Positions 24,708 through 36,675 of a DNA stretch of 59,945 bases are shown here, in pieces. The stretch is from Girardia tigrina. Taxonomy: Eukaryota. The DNA lies in NCBI GenBank assembly GCA_001938485.1, contig MQRK01245740.1, positions 1 through 59,945 of the forward strand, read 5' to 3'. A program made the position numbers and the translations under genes. Within the stretch, counting starts at the first letter, position 1. Each line of letters starts with the position of its first letter. The notes beneath the pieces are model-generated. The model searched no databases and had not been told where the DNA came from. It saw nothing but the letters and a program-made list of their open reading frames with translations.

Positions 24708-26445
24708 TGTATAAAAAATGATTAAAAAAGGGCTAAAAAACAGTATAAAAAATATTATTTTTTATGACATCTTTAATTTTCACAACAAAATAATATAATC
24801 GATTTTGGGCTGTTTTTGTATGAAAAATTATGAAAGAATTGCTAAAAAACATTAAAACTAGTAAAAATAGTGAAAAAATAACACAAAACCCAAGAATTAT
24901 AGCACAGAACCCAAGAAAATGGCCAAAATCTCGGGTGCTTTGGGAAAGGTCATATTTTCTATCTACTAATAGTCCTAAGTTGTTTATATTGTCAAAAAAG
25001 AAAGACATTAACAGCGAAAACGAAAGAAAAACATATAAAGTTGTCGGCAGATGAACCAATCCAGAAAATATACATGGATTTCTGTGGACCATTCAAAAGA
25101 AACATAAACGGATATCAATACGTTGCAGTTGCTAGTCAAGATGAAAAAACTGTTCGTATATTGGACAGATGGATATGGAAATTTGGACCTCCAAAAGATA
25201 TTCATGTTGATAGAGGAAAAACATTTGAATCAGCTTTGTTCAAAGATACAGTTAAAAGGTTCAAAGTCGAGATAATCTATTCAAGTTAGAAATATATCGA
25301 TCAAGAAAAATGTCAAATAGTGAATGCGCTTGTGATATTAATAAATGTTGTAAAACTCATATTGATGTTGTTAATATAGAGTATGAAATTTTCCCATCTA
25401 CAAAAGATTTGAATCACATAAAAATTGTTTAAAGATGTAATAGTATTTTTTCTTTCTACAAAAGATAACAAAAAATTCTGTTGGCCAATTAGAATTCTGT
25501 CCTCATAAAAAATGGATATCAAAAATTTTTTTTGATTTACTATTTTTTCGAACCTATTTTCCTCGGCTTTATTTAAAAGTATTTTCTCTTTCTTATTTAG
25601 GCCTTTAACTACATTCTGTGATTAAAACTCAGAACATTGTGGTAAACACTGGTGGTAGAAATTTAACATTCCGTAACTTCTTTGACATATTATAACATTT
25701 TATAATCAACTTTCATTCAAAACTTTTAAAATGCTTGAAAGTTATTATTACTTATTGGTAAAATATTTTAAAAAGTTCATGGATTAATATTCCCATTTAA
25801 TATATTACGATAATCTCACAATAAAATATTTTAAAAAAATATTAGTTTTAATTAAAAATGATTACTGATAAATTTGTGAGTAGTATTATAAAAGAAACTT
25901 ATAAAACCTATTACTAAAGACATTTGTTGTGGATATTCTCAGTCAGCATAATGAAATAATAAATTAGAACACATTGGCAAAAGAGAATCGTTATTTAAAA
26001 TACAGAAGGTTGATATCAGAATATATCAATGTAAGTAATAACTTACTTTCGCAAAACATGATGTAATGCATGTATGTTGCTAGGCAGCATTTATATTGAG
26101 GATCATAGCCACGATGGGTGTTTAGATGAGAACATGTTTCTCGATATTACATTCGGGAAGGTCTGAGAAAAGCGGTTTGTGATCGAAATGATTGATTCTT
26201 CTAAAAGAATATGCACTACAATAACGTGTATCATATAATGCGAATCGGAGATTATTGATTCAATATGAGATGAAGCATGTATTGATACTTTGAAATGTGC
26301 ATCGATAGCGTGTAGAGTGAAATTGTGGCGGAAACGAAAGTTTCTTACTCAATTCAGACTATACTGATCCTCAACTCGTTTTTTACTTTAACCGCCTTAC
26401 CCCATTGAACGGGCATTAGTCGTCATCATAAAACCTAGTACGACA
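24708..26445. repeat. Right arm of the ~1.6 kb inverted duplication
   Basis: Reverse complement of 18138-19790. Its part from 25974 recurs, extending to 26480, at 41574-42080. Confidence 0.93.
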
Positions 26446-26599
26446 TAGGATATCATGTGCGTAATAAATCTTTATGGTTAGTCGAAAAGAAAATTTAACT
26501 AACTTCTCATAGTGTACATTAATAAAAATTAATATATTTTAATATTAAAATAATTAATTAGTTTTAATAAAAAGTGAACGCCATTTTTCACAATTTATT

Positions 26600-27110
26600 T
26601 TTGTAATTAATTTCGGCGGATTACCCGCCATCTTCAGACTAAATTAAAACTGACTTTTTGCAGCTTATATATGAGAAAGGTGATTATGCCATCAACATGT
26701 AATATAGGCTTTATTTGAAAATGTTTAACGGAGAAGTTGAGTGTGAAGCTTGAATATTAATTTTTGGATCCATGGACCTTATTAATAAGGACCTCACACG
26801 TTACTCTCTCTCAGTAATTTTTAAATCGATTACACAGAATTTGAAAATCATTTTCTCCGATTTTCTTTTTACATTTTAAATTATGTTCAGCAATATTGCT
26901 CCCGTTATCCAACCTACTATGCTCTTTGATCCATTTGCATAGATGATGAGATGTCTCTCCAATGTATGTGGAGTTACACCCATTACATGTATATTTATAA
27001 ACAAGATCGGAACACAAACCGAGAAGAGTGGAAGATGTGTTACTGAACATATCACGAATTTTATATGATTGGGAAGAACTTGCTCCATTCCTAAGAACTT
27101 GTGTGATTCT
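26600..27110 (-). mobile_element. Penelope-like element 3' remnant (GIY-YIG endonuclease)
   Basis: LVYKYTCNGCNSTYIGETSHHL..IKEH..SNIAEH..C..FQIL, followed downstream by a minimal hammerhead. Confidence 0.85.
26601..26645 (-). ncRNA. Minimal type I hammerhead ribozyme (PLE-associated)
   Basis: Minus strand agt CTGAAGA tggcgg-gtaat-ccgcc GAA ATTAAT T aca: CUGANGA core, stem II, GAAA, palindromic stem III, AUU triplet. Confidence 0.75.
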
Positions 27111-27482
27111 TCATTGTACCACTTTCAACATAACCTTTGATGCGTGACTGATTAAACTAATTGTTCTAAAGTCGCTGCACGTTTTACTATTTATTTGTAT
27201 TTTATCGATTGATAGGATTAATGAATTTATTTTATTTTTTTTCGAATTTGATAAAAATATATATTTTATTGATTGGAATTCGGGAATTTATTATTACAAC
27301 TTTTTAAGTTATTAGAAAAGAAATTTATTTTTTATATTTATTGTTAAACAATATTAAAAGTGTTTTGTTTAATCGAATTAAAATTGTAAATTGATTGATA
27401 ATAAAATAAAAGGATTAAATGGTGATTCACGTTTTATGAAGTTGGGCTGGTGTAAGAAAAAATAAATTGAAACGTGTAAAAT

Positions 27483-27813
27483 ATGAGAAAAATTGCTCAC
27501 TTGCGGGCTGGTCAGTGTGGAAATCGAATTGGATAAAAAATTTTGGAAGTGATATCGGATGACTGTGGAGACCATCCGATTGGCTTGTATCTCAGAGATT
27601 CCGATCTCCAATTAGAGCTGATAAGTGTTTGCTACAGAGCGGCCACTTAGGGGAAAATATTTTTCACGAGCAGTATTATTGGATTTAGATACGGGGGCCA
27701 TTGATTCCGTTTGAGTGGGACCATTCGGACAAATATTTCGATCGGATGGTTACACTTTCGGACAAAGAGGAATGGTAAACAATTTGGCGAGGGGACACAG
27801 GGTTGAAGGCGCC
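27483..27813 (+). pseudogene. TUBB: Beta-tubulin N-terminal pseudogene fragment
   Basis: [39 protein letters not shown], frameshift, then [48 protein letters not shown]..EGA. Confidence 0.92.
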
Positions 27814-28229
27814 AACGGGATCGAATGTCGTGGGAGTTTACCCCGAGTGAGTTAAAAATAAATTATTCCCCCAATTTTGATCACCCAGCACCGGAAAATC
27901 ATGTAAAATATTCATACTCCGGCAACTCCTGGAATTGAAATTTGTTTGGTTGCGAGTAGAACACCCTGTCTGCAAAGTCGATATATGGGTTATCGCTTTC
28001 GATTCAAGCAAGAACATCACAACCATTTACTGTAAAGAGAAACCCAGTATCGTCAACTTCGGAAAACTTAAACGAGCATTAAATATTGCTGATGACAAAC
28101 TTTCTGAATCCGTACTTTCTCTTCAGAGCTAACAGGTTTCCTTCACACAATCAGAATCTCAATCTGACTCCAACACTCTCTTTCTCACAAAAAGTTCCCA
28201 CCCTCTAGCACGCGTTTTGCTTCGTATGT

Positions 28230-28399
28230 ATTTTGGAAGTGATGTCGGATGACTGTGGAGACGATCCGATTGGCTTGTATCTCGGAGATTCCGATCTCCA
28301 ATTAGAGCGGATAAGTGTTTGCTGCAGAGCGGCCACTTAGGGGAAAATATTTTTCACGAGCGGTATTAGTGGATTTAAATACGGGGGCCATGGATTCCA
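28230..28399 (+). pseudogene. TUBB: Second partial beta-tubulin fragment
   Basis: Direct repeat of 27540-27708 with a few substitutions. Confidence 0.88.
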
Positions 28400-28912
28400 T
28401 TCGGCTAATGTAGTAATTATTATTCACAAAATAAAAAAAAGTTAGAGTGAAATCAAATAAATGAAAATGTAATTATAAAAATAATATCAGAATTTAAAAA
28501 AAATGAAAACAGAATTAATTTTGTTTAAATAATATAAAAAAATCAAAAGTGAAAGAGCACAATTTAACTAGTAAATAACAAAATTAAAATTTTTATATCC
28601 ATTCTTTATGCAGACAAAAATCTACTTTGCCGACAAAGTTTTTAAAATTTAAGATTTAAAAAGTTTTAATTTAAAAATCCCATTAAAAATTAATATAAAC
28701 TTGTAGTTTAGTAGTTTACTCGTAGTTATACGATATTTATTTATAAACTATTTATAAACTAAACTACTAAAACGATTTAGTAGTTTTTAGTAGTTTACTC
28801 GTATATACTACTAAAATATAGACAAAATTGATAACGTCATGAAAAGTATAAAAAGATTAAATAAGTAATCGAAATTTGTTCTTCTTAAGCTGAGTGTAAT
28901 TCACATCCAAAT

Positions 28913-29233
28913 TTAATTTTCAATATTTTTATCAAAAATACTTAATGGAGTGATAAGTGAAAATAATTTTATTGCGAAAACCTTTTCGACAGTGTATCTA
29001 ATACAAGTTATGTAATATTGTTTACAAAAATATGACCGATGGTCAAAAGGAATAAAATATTGTGAACCCGAGAAAGAACTTTGAGCTCTCTCTTTAGTTG
29101 TCAATAGTTCCATATCAGCAGGAAAAATATGATTCGATATTTGTACCCTTGTGTATTGTTCCCATAATGTATATTGAACATTACAAAACCACAAATTCGT
29201 AAAAAACAAGCACAATAAAAAAGTTAAATACAT
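28913..29233 (-). CDS. Hypothetical protein with a signal-peptide-like start, divergent from the USP gene; possibly a pseudogene
   Basis: MYLTFLLCLFFTNLWFC start lies 101 bp head-to-head with the USP ATG. A diverged homolog sits at about 46158-46320 plus 49265-49450. Confidence 0.35.
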   Translation of the reverse strand: MYLTFLLCLFFTNLWFCNVQYTLWEQYTRVQISNHIFPADMELLTTKERAQSSFSGSQYFIPFDHRSYFCKQYYITCIRYTVEKVFAIKLFSLITPLSIFDKNIEN

Positions 29234-29334
29234 TTATTGTCCAATCAAATTTGAAATAATTATTTTCATTAATTCCCACTTTACCATTTTAAGAATAGTT
29301 AACATTATCTATCGTGTTTTGATTTAAAGCGAAA

Positions 29335-30564
29335 ATGGTTCGAAGAAATATGACATTTAAAACTGCTACTTTGAGAAATGATAACAACTTTATTAAACGA
29401 CAAACTTCAACGATTACAAAACCTCAGATAGTTCCTCTGATAAATGATAATACGGATTGGTACATGGACAGTGTCATTCAAGAAATGATGATCAAATCTT
29501 TTAAAGAACAGGTTTCGATTACTAATAGAACTTCGTCAAGTAAAATAGTAAATAATAATAATAATGATTGGTACATGGACGAATCGATTCAAACTCTGTT
29601 GATGAATTCCGTTCAAGAAAACATTTCGATCATTAAAGCAAGCAAGCCTATTCCGCTCACTAATAATAATAATAATTGTTATATGAATAGTGCGATTCAA
29701 GCAATGTTAATTCCGTTTCTAGATTTATCAGATTATCTGAAATCACAACTGACTAGTAAAAAGATAATCNNNNNNNNNNNNNNNNNNNNNNNNNNNNNNN
29801 NNNNNNNNNNNNNNNNNNNNNNNNNNNNNNNNNNNNNNNNNNNNNNNNNNNNNNNNTTTCTTAAAGAAAATTGTGAATTGAAATATTTTGGAAGTGAATT
29901 AACTTGGAACAAACAAGAAGACGCACAAGAATTTCTTAACAATTTTCTCAATAAACTTGAAGAAGAAGTAAAACCGATTATTGGAAACGAAGCTTTACCA
30001 TTTCAAATTAATCGTGATGTAAGATTGTTTTGTGACAATTGTCAACATACAAAAGCATCTCAACCGAATATCGTCAATGAAAATATGCTATTCATANNNN
30101 NNNNNNNNNNNNNNNNNNNNNNNNNNNNNNNNNNNNNNNNNNNNNNNNNNNNNNNNNNNNNNNNNNNNNNNAAATGTCCGAGTTGTAATTCGATAAATGG
30201 GAGAGGCAGAAATTGCGAAATATTTTCAAATAGTCCTAAATATTTGATCGTGTGTATAAAAAGATTTGTTAGAAATCCGATCTCATTAGCTATTAATAAG
30301 CTTAATGAAGAAATGAAAATAGACGACAAATTTGAGTTATTATATGGAAATGATGATAGTGTGAATATTTCCGGTTATGAATTGATCGGAGTTGTAAATC
30401 ATGTCGGAGGAACTATTTCACGTGGACATTATTACAGCTTTGTTAAATACAAAGATCAATGGTATAAGACCAATGATCAAAGAATAGCTACAGTGAGTTT
30501 TGAAGAAATGAAGAAAGAGGTTAAATCCTCAAATTATATAAATGTGTATAAAAAGATTTATTAG
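29335..30564 (+). CDS. Ubiquitin-specific protease (peptidase C19), compact, apparently intronless
   Basis: Cys box NNNCYMNSAIQ, QEDAQEFL, CDNC/CPSC zinc fingers, PKYLIVCIKRF, His box YELIGVVNHVG..RGHYYSFVK..WYKTND; 409 aa open across two N gaps. Confidence 0.93.
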   Translation: MVRRNMTFKTATLRNDNNFIKRQTSTITKPQIVPLINDNTDWYMDSVIQEMMIKSFKEQVSITNRTSSSKIVNNNNNDWYMDESIQTLLMNSVQENISIIKASKPIPLTNNNNNCYMNSAIQAMLIPFLDLSDYLKSQLTSKKIIXXXXXXXXXXXXXXXXXXXXXXXXXXXXXFLKENCELKYFGSELTWNKQEDAQEFLNNFLNKLEEEVKPIIGNEALPFQINRDVRLFCDNCQHTKASQPNIVNENMLFIXXXXXXXXXXXXXXXXXXXXXXXXXKCPSCNSINGRGRNCEIFSNSPKYLIVCIKRFVRNPISLAINKLNEEMKIDDKFELLYGNDDSVNISGYELIGVVNHVGGTISRGHYYSFVKYKDQWYKTNDQRIATVSFEEMKKEVKSSNYINVYKKIY

Positions 30565-31113
30565 AAATTGCCTGGTATTTTTGATGTTGTTTTGGTATTT
30601 TTAGTTTGATTCTTTAGTACTTTAAAATGATAAAGTAAATTTTTATAGCTTTAATTTGAAAAAAACGACTTAAATAATTTGAATATTACTAATGACAGTT
30701 GCTTTTATTTCATTTAATCATTTCATCTTCTCAATAATTGTTTTAATCATCTTATTGTTGCTAATAATACAATTATATTTATTGTTTATATTATTACTAT
30801 TAGTCGCACGTACATTATTTCCGATAATTTTGTATTTTAGATTAGAATTCATTTTTTCACACAAATTTTATGAATGAAAACAATGAACACATTTAAACAA
30901 ATTTCTTTTTAATTTAATCATTTCGCCAAAATCAATTTTTTTATTTTTCTTTAATATCAAATTTCTATTTCAGTAAAAATATTTATTTTTAAAACTTTAT
31001 TTTTAATTCAATTTATAATAAACTTTTAAGATTTTTAAACTATTTTTTTGTTAGGATCGTAAAATTTGGTCGACAGATTTTTTTATTTTAATTAGTTAAT
31101 TAATTGATTTGAT

Positions 31114-32235
31114 ATATTTTAATTAATAAAAACTAATTAATGAAAAACTTTAATTAATCGACATACACCTGAGGAACGAGATACTGCTCTACGACGACGG
31201 CCAGTCCGCAGTTTAGGTACCAATGTGAAATTATGTGACCAGCGGAACGATCAGAGACTTGATCGCCTTCCTCCACATAGTTTTTTATTTTATAAATTGA
31301 ATTTCTTTTCATTTTACAATGAGATTTTTTCATTGACTCAACACCACTGTCATTGTATCTTCCAGAGTCTTAAAGAGAATCAGCTGAATGGAAATTTCCG
31401 AACATGTTTTGATTATTAAACAACCTAAAAAACTTGTAATATATTTTAAATTATTTCAGCTATTTGATGAATTTCGATTTTGTTCAAATTAATCTTAACA
31501 CATTTTTAATTTAATGAATCGGTTCTTTGATTATACATTTTTTTTATTTTTATAAGATAATTGTGTTACTAACAATGCGTGGTATAATTAAGTCGGCATT
31601 TATGTTTAAGGATGCTTATGTCTATAACCATATTCGATATTTCATATAAAATTTGGGAATGTCGTACTAAAATTATTTATAACAAAATTAAAGTGTGATA
31701 AAACGGAAATCCGTTTTTAAACTTTACATAAGGATGGAAATCGAAGTATCACAATTATTGAATTTAAAGTCAGAGTCTACATCATTTAAACCTAAATTTT
31801 GAACGTCGATACCGCCAAGACACGAATATTTATCTGTTCTTACCACGTCACTCTTCAATTTTATAAATAAATGCCTTTAAAATAAAATTTATAATGTAAA
31901 TTATAATTCCTGTTATTTCAAAGGATATTTGTCTCATGTTTTTACGACTGGCATTTAAATGTGTTGAAAATGATTGATAATTTACAACAGTGAATATACT
32001 CATTCTAAAAGAATGTTGAATGACACACATGAATGTAGAATATGCACAATAACAATATCTGTATACATCAAATGTAAAATAAAAAAGGTTAGGTTAATTC
32101 GTAACAAAAATTAATGATTTAGAAATGGAAAAACCATTTCGAAATAAAAATCTCTAGAAATCAAAACGTCAGCTCACTTAAAGAAATAACAGCTCAAAAA
32201 TTCACATATGGGTATGAAGTTCAAATTTTGAACGG
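31114..32235 (+). repeat. Dispersed repeat family copy, split by a ~650 bp insert
   Basis: 31170-31340 and 31990-32235 match 42992-43460; 31114-31340 and 31990-32235 match the reverse complement of 36170-36675. Confidence 0.75.
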
Positions 32236-32469
32236 TACCCAGACATTTGGCCGAAAAATAAAGAGGCCGAAAGATAGAAATGCCAAAAGATTGAAATTTC
32301 GAAAGATAAAAAGGCAGAAAAACATAAGAATAATATAATAAGAAGTTTCTAAGCCACACACAAAAGTATAATATTATTCTTAAAATATAACAAATTATTT
32401 CGATTTTTAATAAACACCACTTTGAATATATATTTTTTATGCTTAACTGCTTGTTTCTGCTAGAGAAGA

Positions 32470-34093
32470 TTGGAGGATGTTAAAAGTCTGGAAATCGATT
32501 TCGACCATTTTGATCTGATGCTCAAATATTGTTTGAAGTTGATTGAGAAAGGATTGGCGTACGCTGATAACACAGACCCAGAGCAAATGAAACGTGAACG
32601 AGAAACGAAAACTGAATAGAAATGCCGTAATCAGAGTGTAGAAGAAAATCAAAGATTGTGGGAAGAAATGAAATCCGGTATGGACCTTGGATTGATCTAT
32701 TGCGTGAGAATCAAGATTGATATGAATTCAAATAATGGTTGCATGAGAGACCCAACGATTTATCGCTGCAAGAAAGAGCATCATATCATGACCGGAGATA
32801 AATATAAGGTCTATCCGACATATGATTTCGCGTGTCCAATTGTAGACAGTATTGAAGGAGTGACACACACTCTCCGGACGAGCGAATATAATGACAGGAA
32901 TGAACAATTTAATCAAATTCTTGATTTATTGGAGCTGAGAAAACCAATGATTTCTGATTACTCGCGATTTTCTCTACAGAATACTGCGTTATCAAAACGA
33001 AAGTTGGCGTACATTGTAAATGAAGGTCTCGTCGACGGATGGGATGATCCGAGAATTCCGACTGTTCGAGGAATTCTTCGACACGGTATGACTATTGCCG
33101 GGCTGAAGGAATTTGTGTTGGCTCAAGGATTTGGTCGTGCGAATGTGGTGATGGAATGGGATAAAATTTGGGCTTTTAATAAAAAAGTAATTGATCCAAT
33201 TGCACCTCGATATACTGGATTGGTTGGATTGGATGAGTCTCTAGTATTAGTTAGAGTAGCGGGCCAGGTATGAATTGAGAAAGGATCGGTTGCTAAACAT
33301 CCGAAGAATGAGAGTGTAGGTCAGAAATTGATTTGGTTCACTCCAACAGTACTGGTAGAAAGATCTGATGCGGTAGATTTTGTGGAGAACACAAATGTAA
33401 CATTTCTCAACTGGGGTAATATTCTCATAACAAAAATCAATCGAAATAACACCAATAACATCGTTTCCATCGATGCAAAACTCAATTTATCAGACCGAGA
33501 CTTTAAAAAGACGCAGAAAGTTACTTGGATGCCATTAGGACCTGGTGATGATTTACGATCATTCTCTATCCCAATAAACGCTATTTTCTTTGACCATATT
33601 ATCACGAAGAATGTGTTAGGAAAAAATGACGACTTCAAAGATTTCTTTTAATAAGGATTCGAAACGAGAAGAAGCTCTAATTGGAGATATTGAATTAGGA
33701 GACCTAAAGAAGGGAGATATCATTCAATTGCAACAAAGATGTTACTTTATTGTAGACGAAGAATACCGACAGAAAGGCAAAGCAACAGGCCGAGAGTATC
33801 ACCTCGTATTGATCAATATTCCCAAGGGAAATAGCAAGGAGAGACTTACTACTGGCAGTAAAGCGAATAATAAAACAAAGGCTGAAAAAGCAAATGGTGA
33901 TTCAGTAAAAAAACAAAGCGAGAAAAAGAAAGTAGTTGAAAAAAAATGGGAGAAGAATATCGAAGAAAAAGGAAATCATAAAAAGGAATCAAGGAAATGA
34001 AATAATAGAAAAACCAATTCCAAATGCAAAAAACGTTGATTCATCAATGAAAAAAGGACCAGGCTCGGTTTGGAAGTAAAGAAAGAAGACAAC
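32470..34093 (+). pseudogene. EPRS: Bifunctional glutamyl-prolyl-tRNA synthetase fragment
   Basis: [53 protein letters not shown] and KGDIIQLQ, then a K-rich linker and the ProRS start TRLGLEVKKEDN. Stops at 32617 and 33271; frameshift near 33645. Confidence 0.92.
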
Positions 34094-34844
34094 AACACAG
34101 AAGAACCGATAATCATAACCGAAGAATTCAACCGATATAATGTACTTATTTCAGTCTTTTATTTATTTTATGCATAGTTTATTTGATATTTAATACATTT
34201 TATAAATCTATTTTGTTTTCCTTTTCGAATTTCATAATTTGTATTATTTATTTCTTTTATCGTTATACCATGTGTAGTTTTTTTATGATATCTAATATAT
34301 TTTATAAATCCATTTTATTTTATTTGTCGATTTTAATAATTTGTCTTATAGTATATTTACTTATTTAAATTTAGTTTAGCAAGTCAGGCAGTTTCCGTCG
34401 TTTTGCCTGCCTTGCCTTATAAAATCTACCGAAAATTATTTTTTAATTAATTTTAAATCATTTTTTAGTATTAACTGAAATTGAACAAATTAATAATACT
34501 AAAATTAATAAAAAATATTTGTTTAAATAAGCAGAAACATTCAAATTTGACGAAGTAATAATTGGTTAAGATGATGAAATATGCAATTTAGTAACATTTA
34601 CAATATTAACGTTTCAGATTCATCCAAAATACAATCTCCGAACATCAAAAATTTAACCAAGAATGTTGTAAAGAATAACAATCTCTTTTGCCCATAAAAT
34701 TATGTTATAATATAAAGATTAAAATCTTTGTAGTTCCTGATTTAATTTAATTTTTATAATTAATAAATTGTCATTTATTTTTTTCTTATACATTGAAGAT
34801 CAAATATTAACGGCACACCTAAATACATTTAGTGCCTTTTTTTA

Positions 34845-35026
34845 TCGTTCTGATCATCAACGTTGATGATGATGAGCGAGTGGATCAAGCAGTCTTTATT
34901 GTCGTCACATGCGAACAGGAACGCCTCGTACACATTCTTGATCTCGTAATCGATCATTCTGATCAAAACCAGACTCAAATTCTTTAATGCCGAATTATAT
35001 AAAAATGAAGGTGTTCGTTGTCTCAC
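34845..35026 (-). pseudogene. Cadherin repeat fragment
   Basis: LVLIRMIDYEIKNVYEAFLFACD...LIIINVDDQND carries the DYE, AxD and DxND motifs. Confidence 0.65.
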
Positions 35027-35839
35027 GGAAATTATCCTAATGTTAGCCGAAATTATCCTAACAAAAATTCCAAATCAAATGTCATATCATTGGTATATTT
35101 AAAGAGAATGTTCGAATAAAGTTATAAACGGGGAGAAAGCTTTATGTAATAGAGAAACTATCAAGGAATAAATGTCGATGGATTGTGAGAGAGCATTACG
35201 ATGTTTGTTGATTATATTTTGACAAGTACTTTTGATAAATGTTATCCCATTTATTACTTTTACAATTGTTTGCAGAAGTGACATTTTTGTGAATGACCAT
35301 TGCATATAAGATTTGTACATCTACCACATTTTGCTCTTAGTCTTTTTTCTCACCTTTGTTGCTATTATCACTCAACCTTGGTAATTCTCCTAGCAGACTT
35401 TCATCGGTTAGACGAATCTCACTGACTGAGTATAAAATTAGTGATTTTCCGAATCTTTCAAATCACAAATTTTACTACAAAAAATAATAATCATTTAACA
35501 AAGGTTTAACTACCTTAATCCATAAAATATCTCGGTGTTGGATTAAGCTAGTTTTTAATAAACGATAAAAAAACACTAATCAAAAATGATCAAAGCAAAA
35601 AAAAACTCTTCAAACTTTTAATTTCAAAGGATAATACATGATACATATCGTCTGCAATTAATCGTCATATGGTAAATAATAATTTCTCTATGACAGTAAA
35701 TTTTATTTTTGAGTTCGTTTGTGTCTAATAAATTGAAATTTTCTAAAAATGGCTCAATATCTTGGCAGCAGAACTTGGTTGTGGTGCCCCCACATACCAA
35801 ACATGAATTATAAATAATAAAAAAATATAAAATCAAAAG

Positions 35840-36090
35840 GTGAATTCGAATTTGTTGAAAGTGACCAAAATGATCGATCTTGATAAATTGTGCGAGCGGG
35901 AATCGCGGTGTTGTTCGGAGGAAGCGTGTATCTTAACGTCGATCGGATATGTTGATTTGTCGTCTTCCGATTATAGAAAGCAGAAATTTATCATTGAAAT
36001 CGAAATTAAAGAAATCAACTCAGACATAAATGAAATTCCAAAATCAATCGATTATTACACAAATCAAATCGTTTTTCAGATCTCTTTATC
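35840..36090 (+). pseudogene. Protocadherin EC1-like fragment
   Basis: LKVTKMIDLDKLC..CC..C.L...IEIEIKEINSDINEIP..IVFQIS resembles RIDREELC..C..I.DINDNxP. Confidence 0.5.
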
Positions 36091-36094
36091 CATT

Positions 36095-36675
36095 AATAGG
36101 AGTTTTATACATGTAGTTTTTACATATAATATTTATGTTGGTTTCTGTAACCAAGGTACTTGTGATTGTTCAAAATTTGAACTCCAAACCATATGTGACT
36201 TTGAGCTGTTATTTCTTTAAGTGAGCCGACTTTTTGATTTCACGAGATTTTTCATTTCGAAATGGTTTTTCCATTTCTAAATCATTATTTTGTGTTACGA
36301 ATTAGCCTAAATATTTTTATTTTACATTTGATGTATACAGATATTGTTATTGTGCATATCGTACATTCATGTAAGTCATTCAACATTACGTTAGAATGAG
36401 TATATTCACTTTAAAATACAAATAATTTTGACTCAATGAAAAAATCTCATTGTAAAATGAAAAAAATTTCAATTTATAAAATAAAAAATAAAAATCTATG
36501 TGCAGGGAGGCGATCCAGTCTCTGATCGTTCCCTTGGTCACAAATTTTTCACATGGGTTCTTAAACTTCGGATTGGTCGGTACACTTGAACTATCATCGT
36601 ATAGCGGTCTCTCGTTCGTCAGGTGTATGTAGATTAATTAAAGTTTTTCAATAATTAGTTTTTATTAATTAAAAT
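36095..36675 (-). repeat. Dispersed repeat family copy
   Basis: Reverse complement of 42992-43540 and of the 31114-32235 pieces. Confidence 0.8.
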
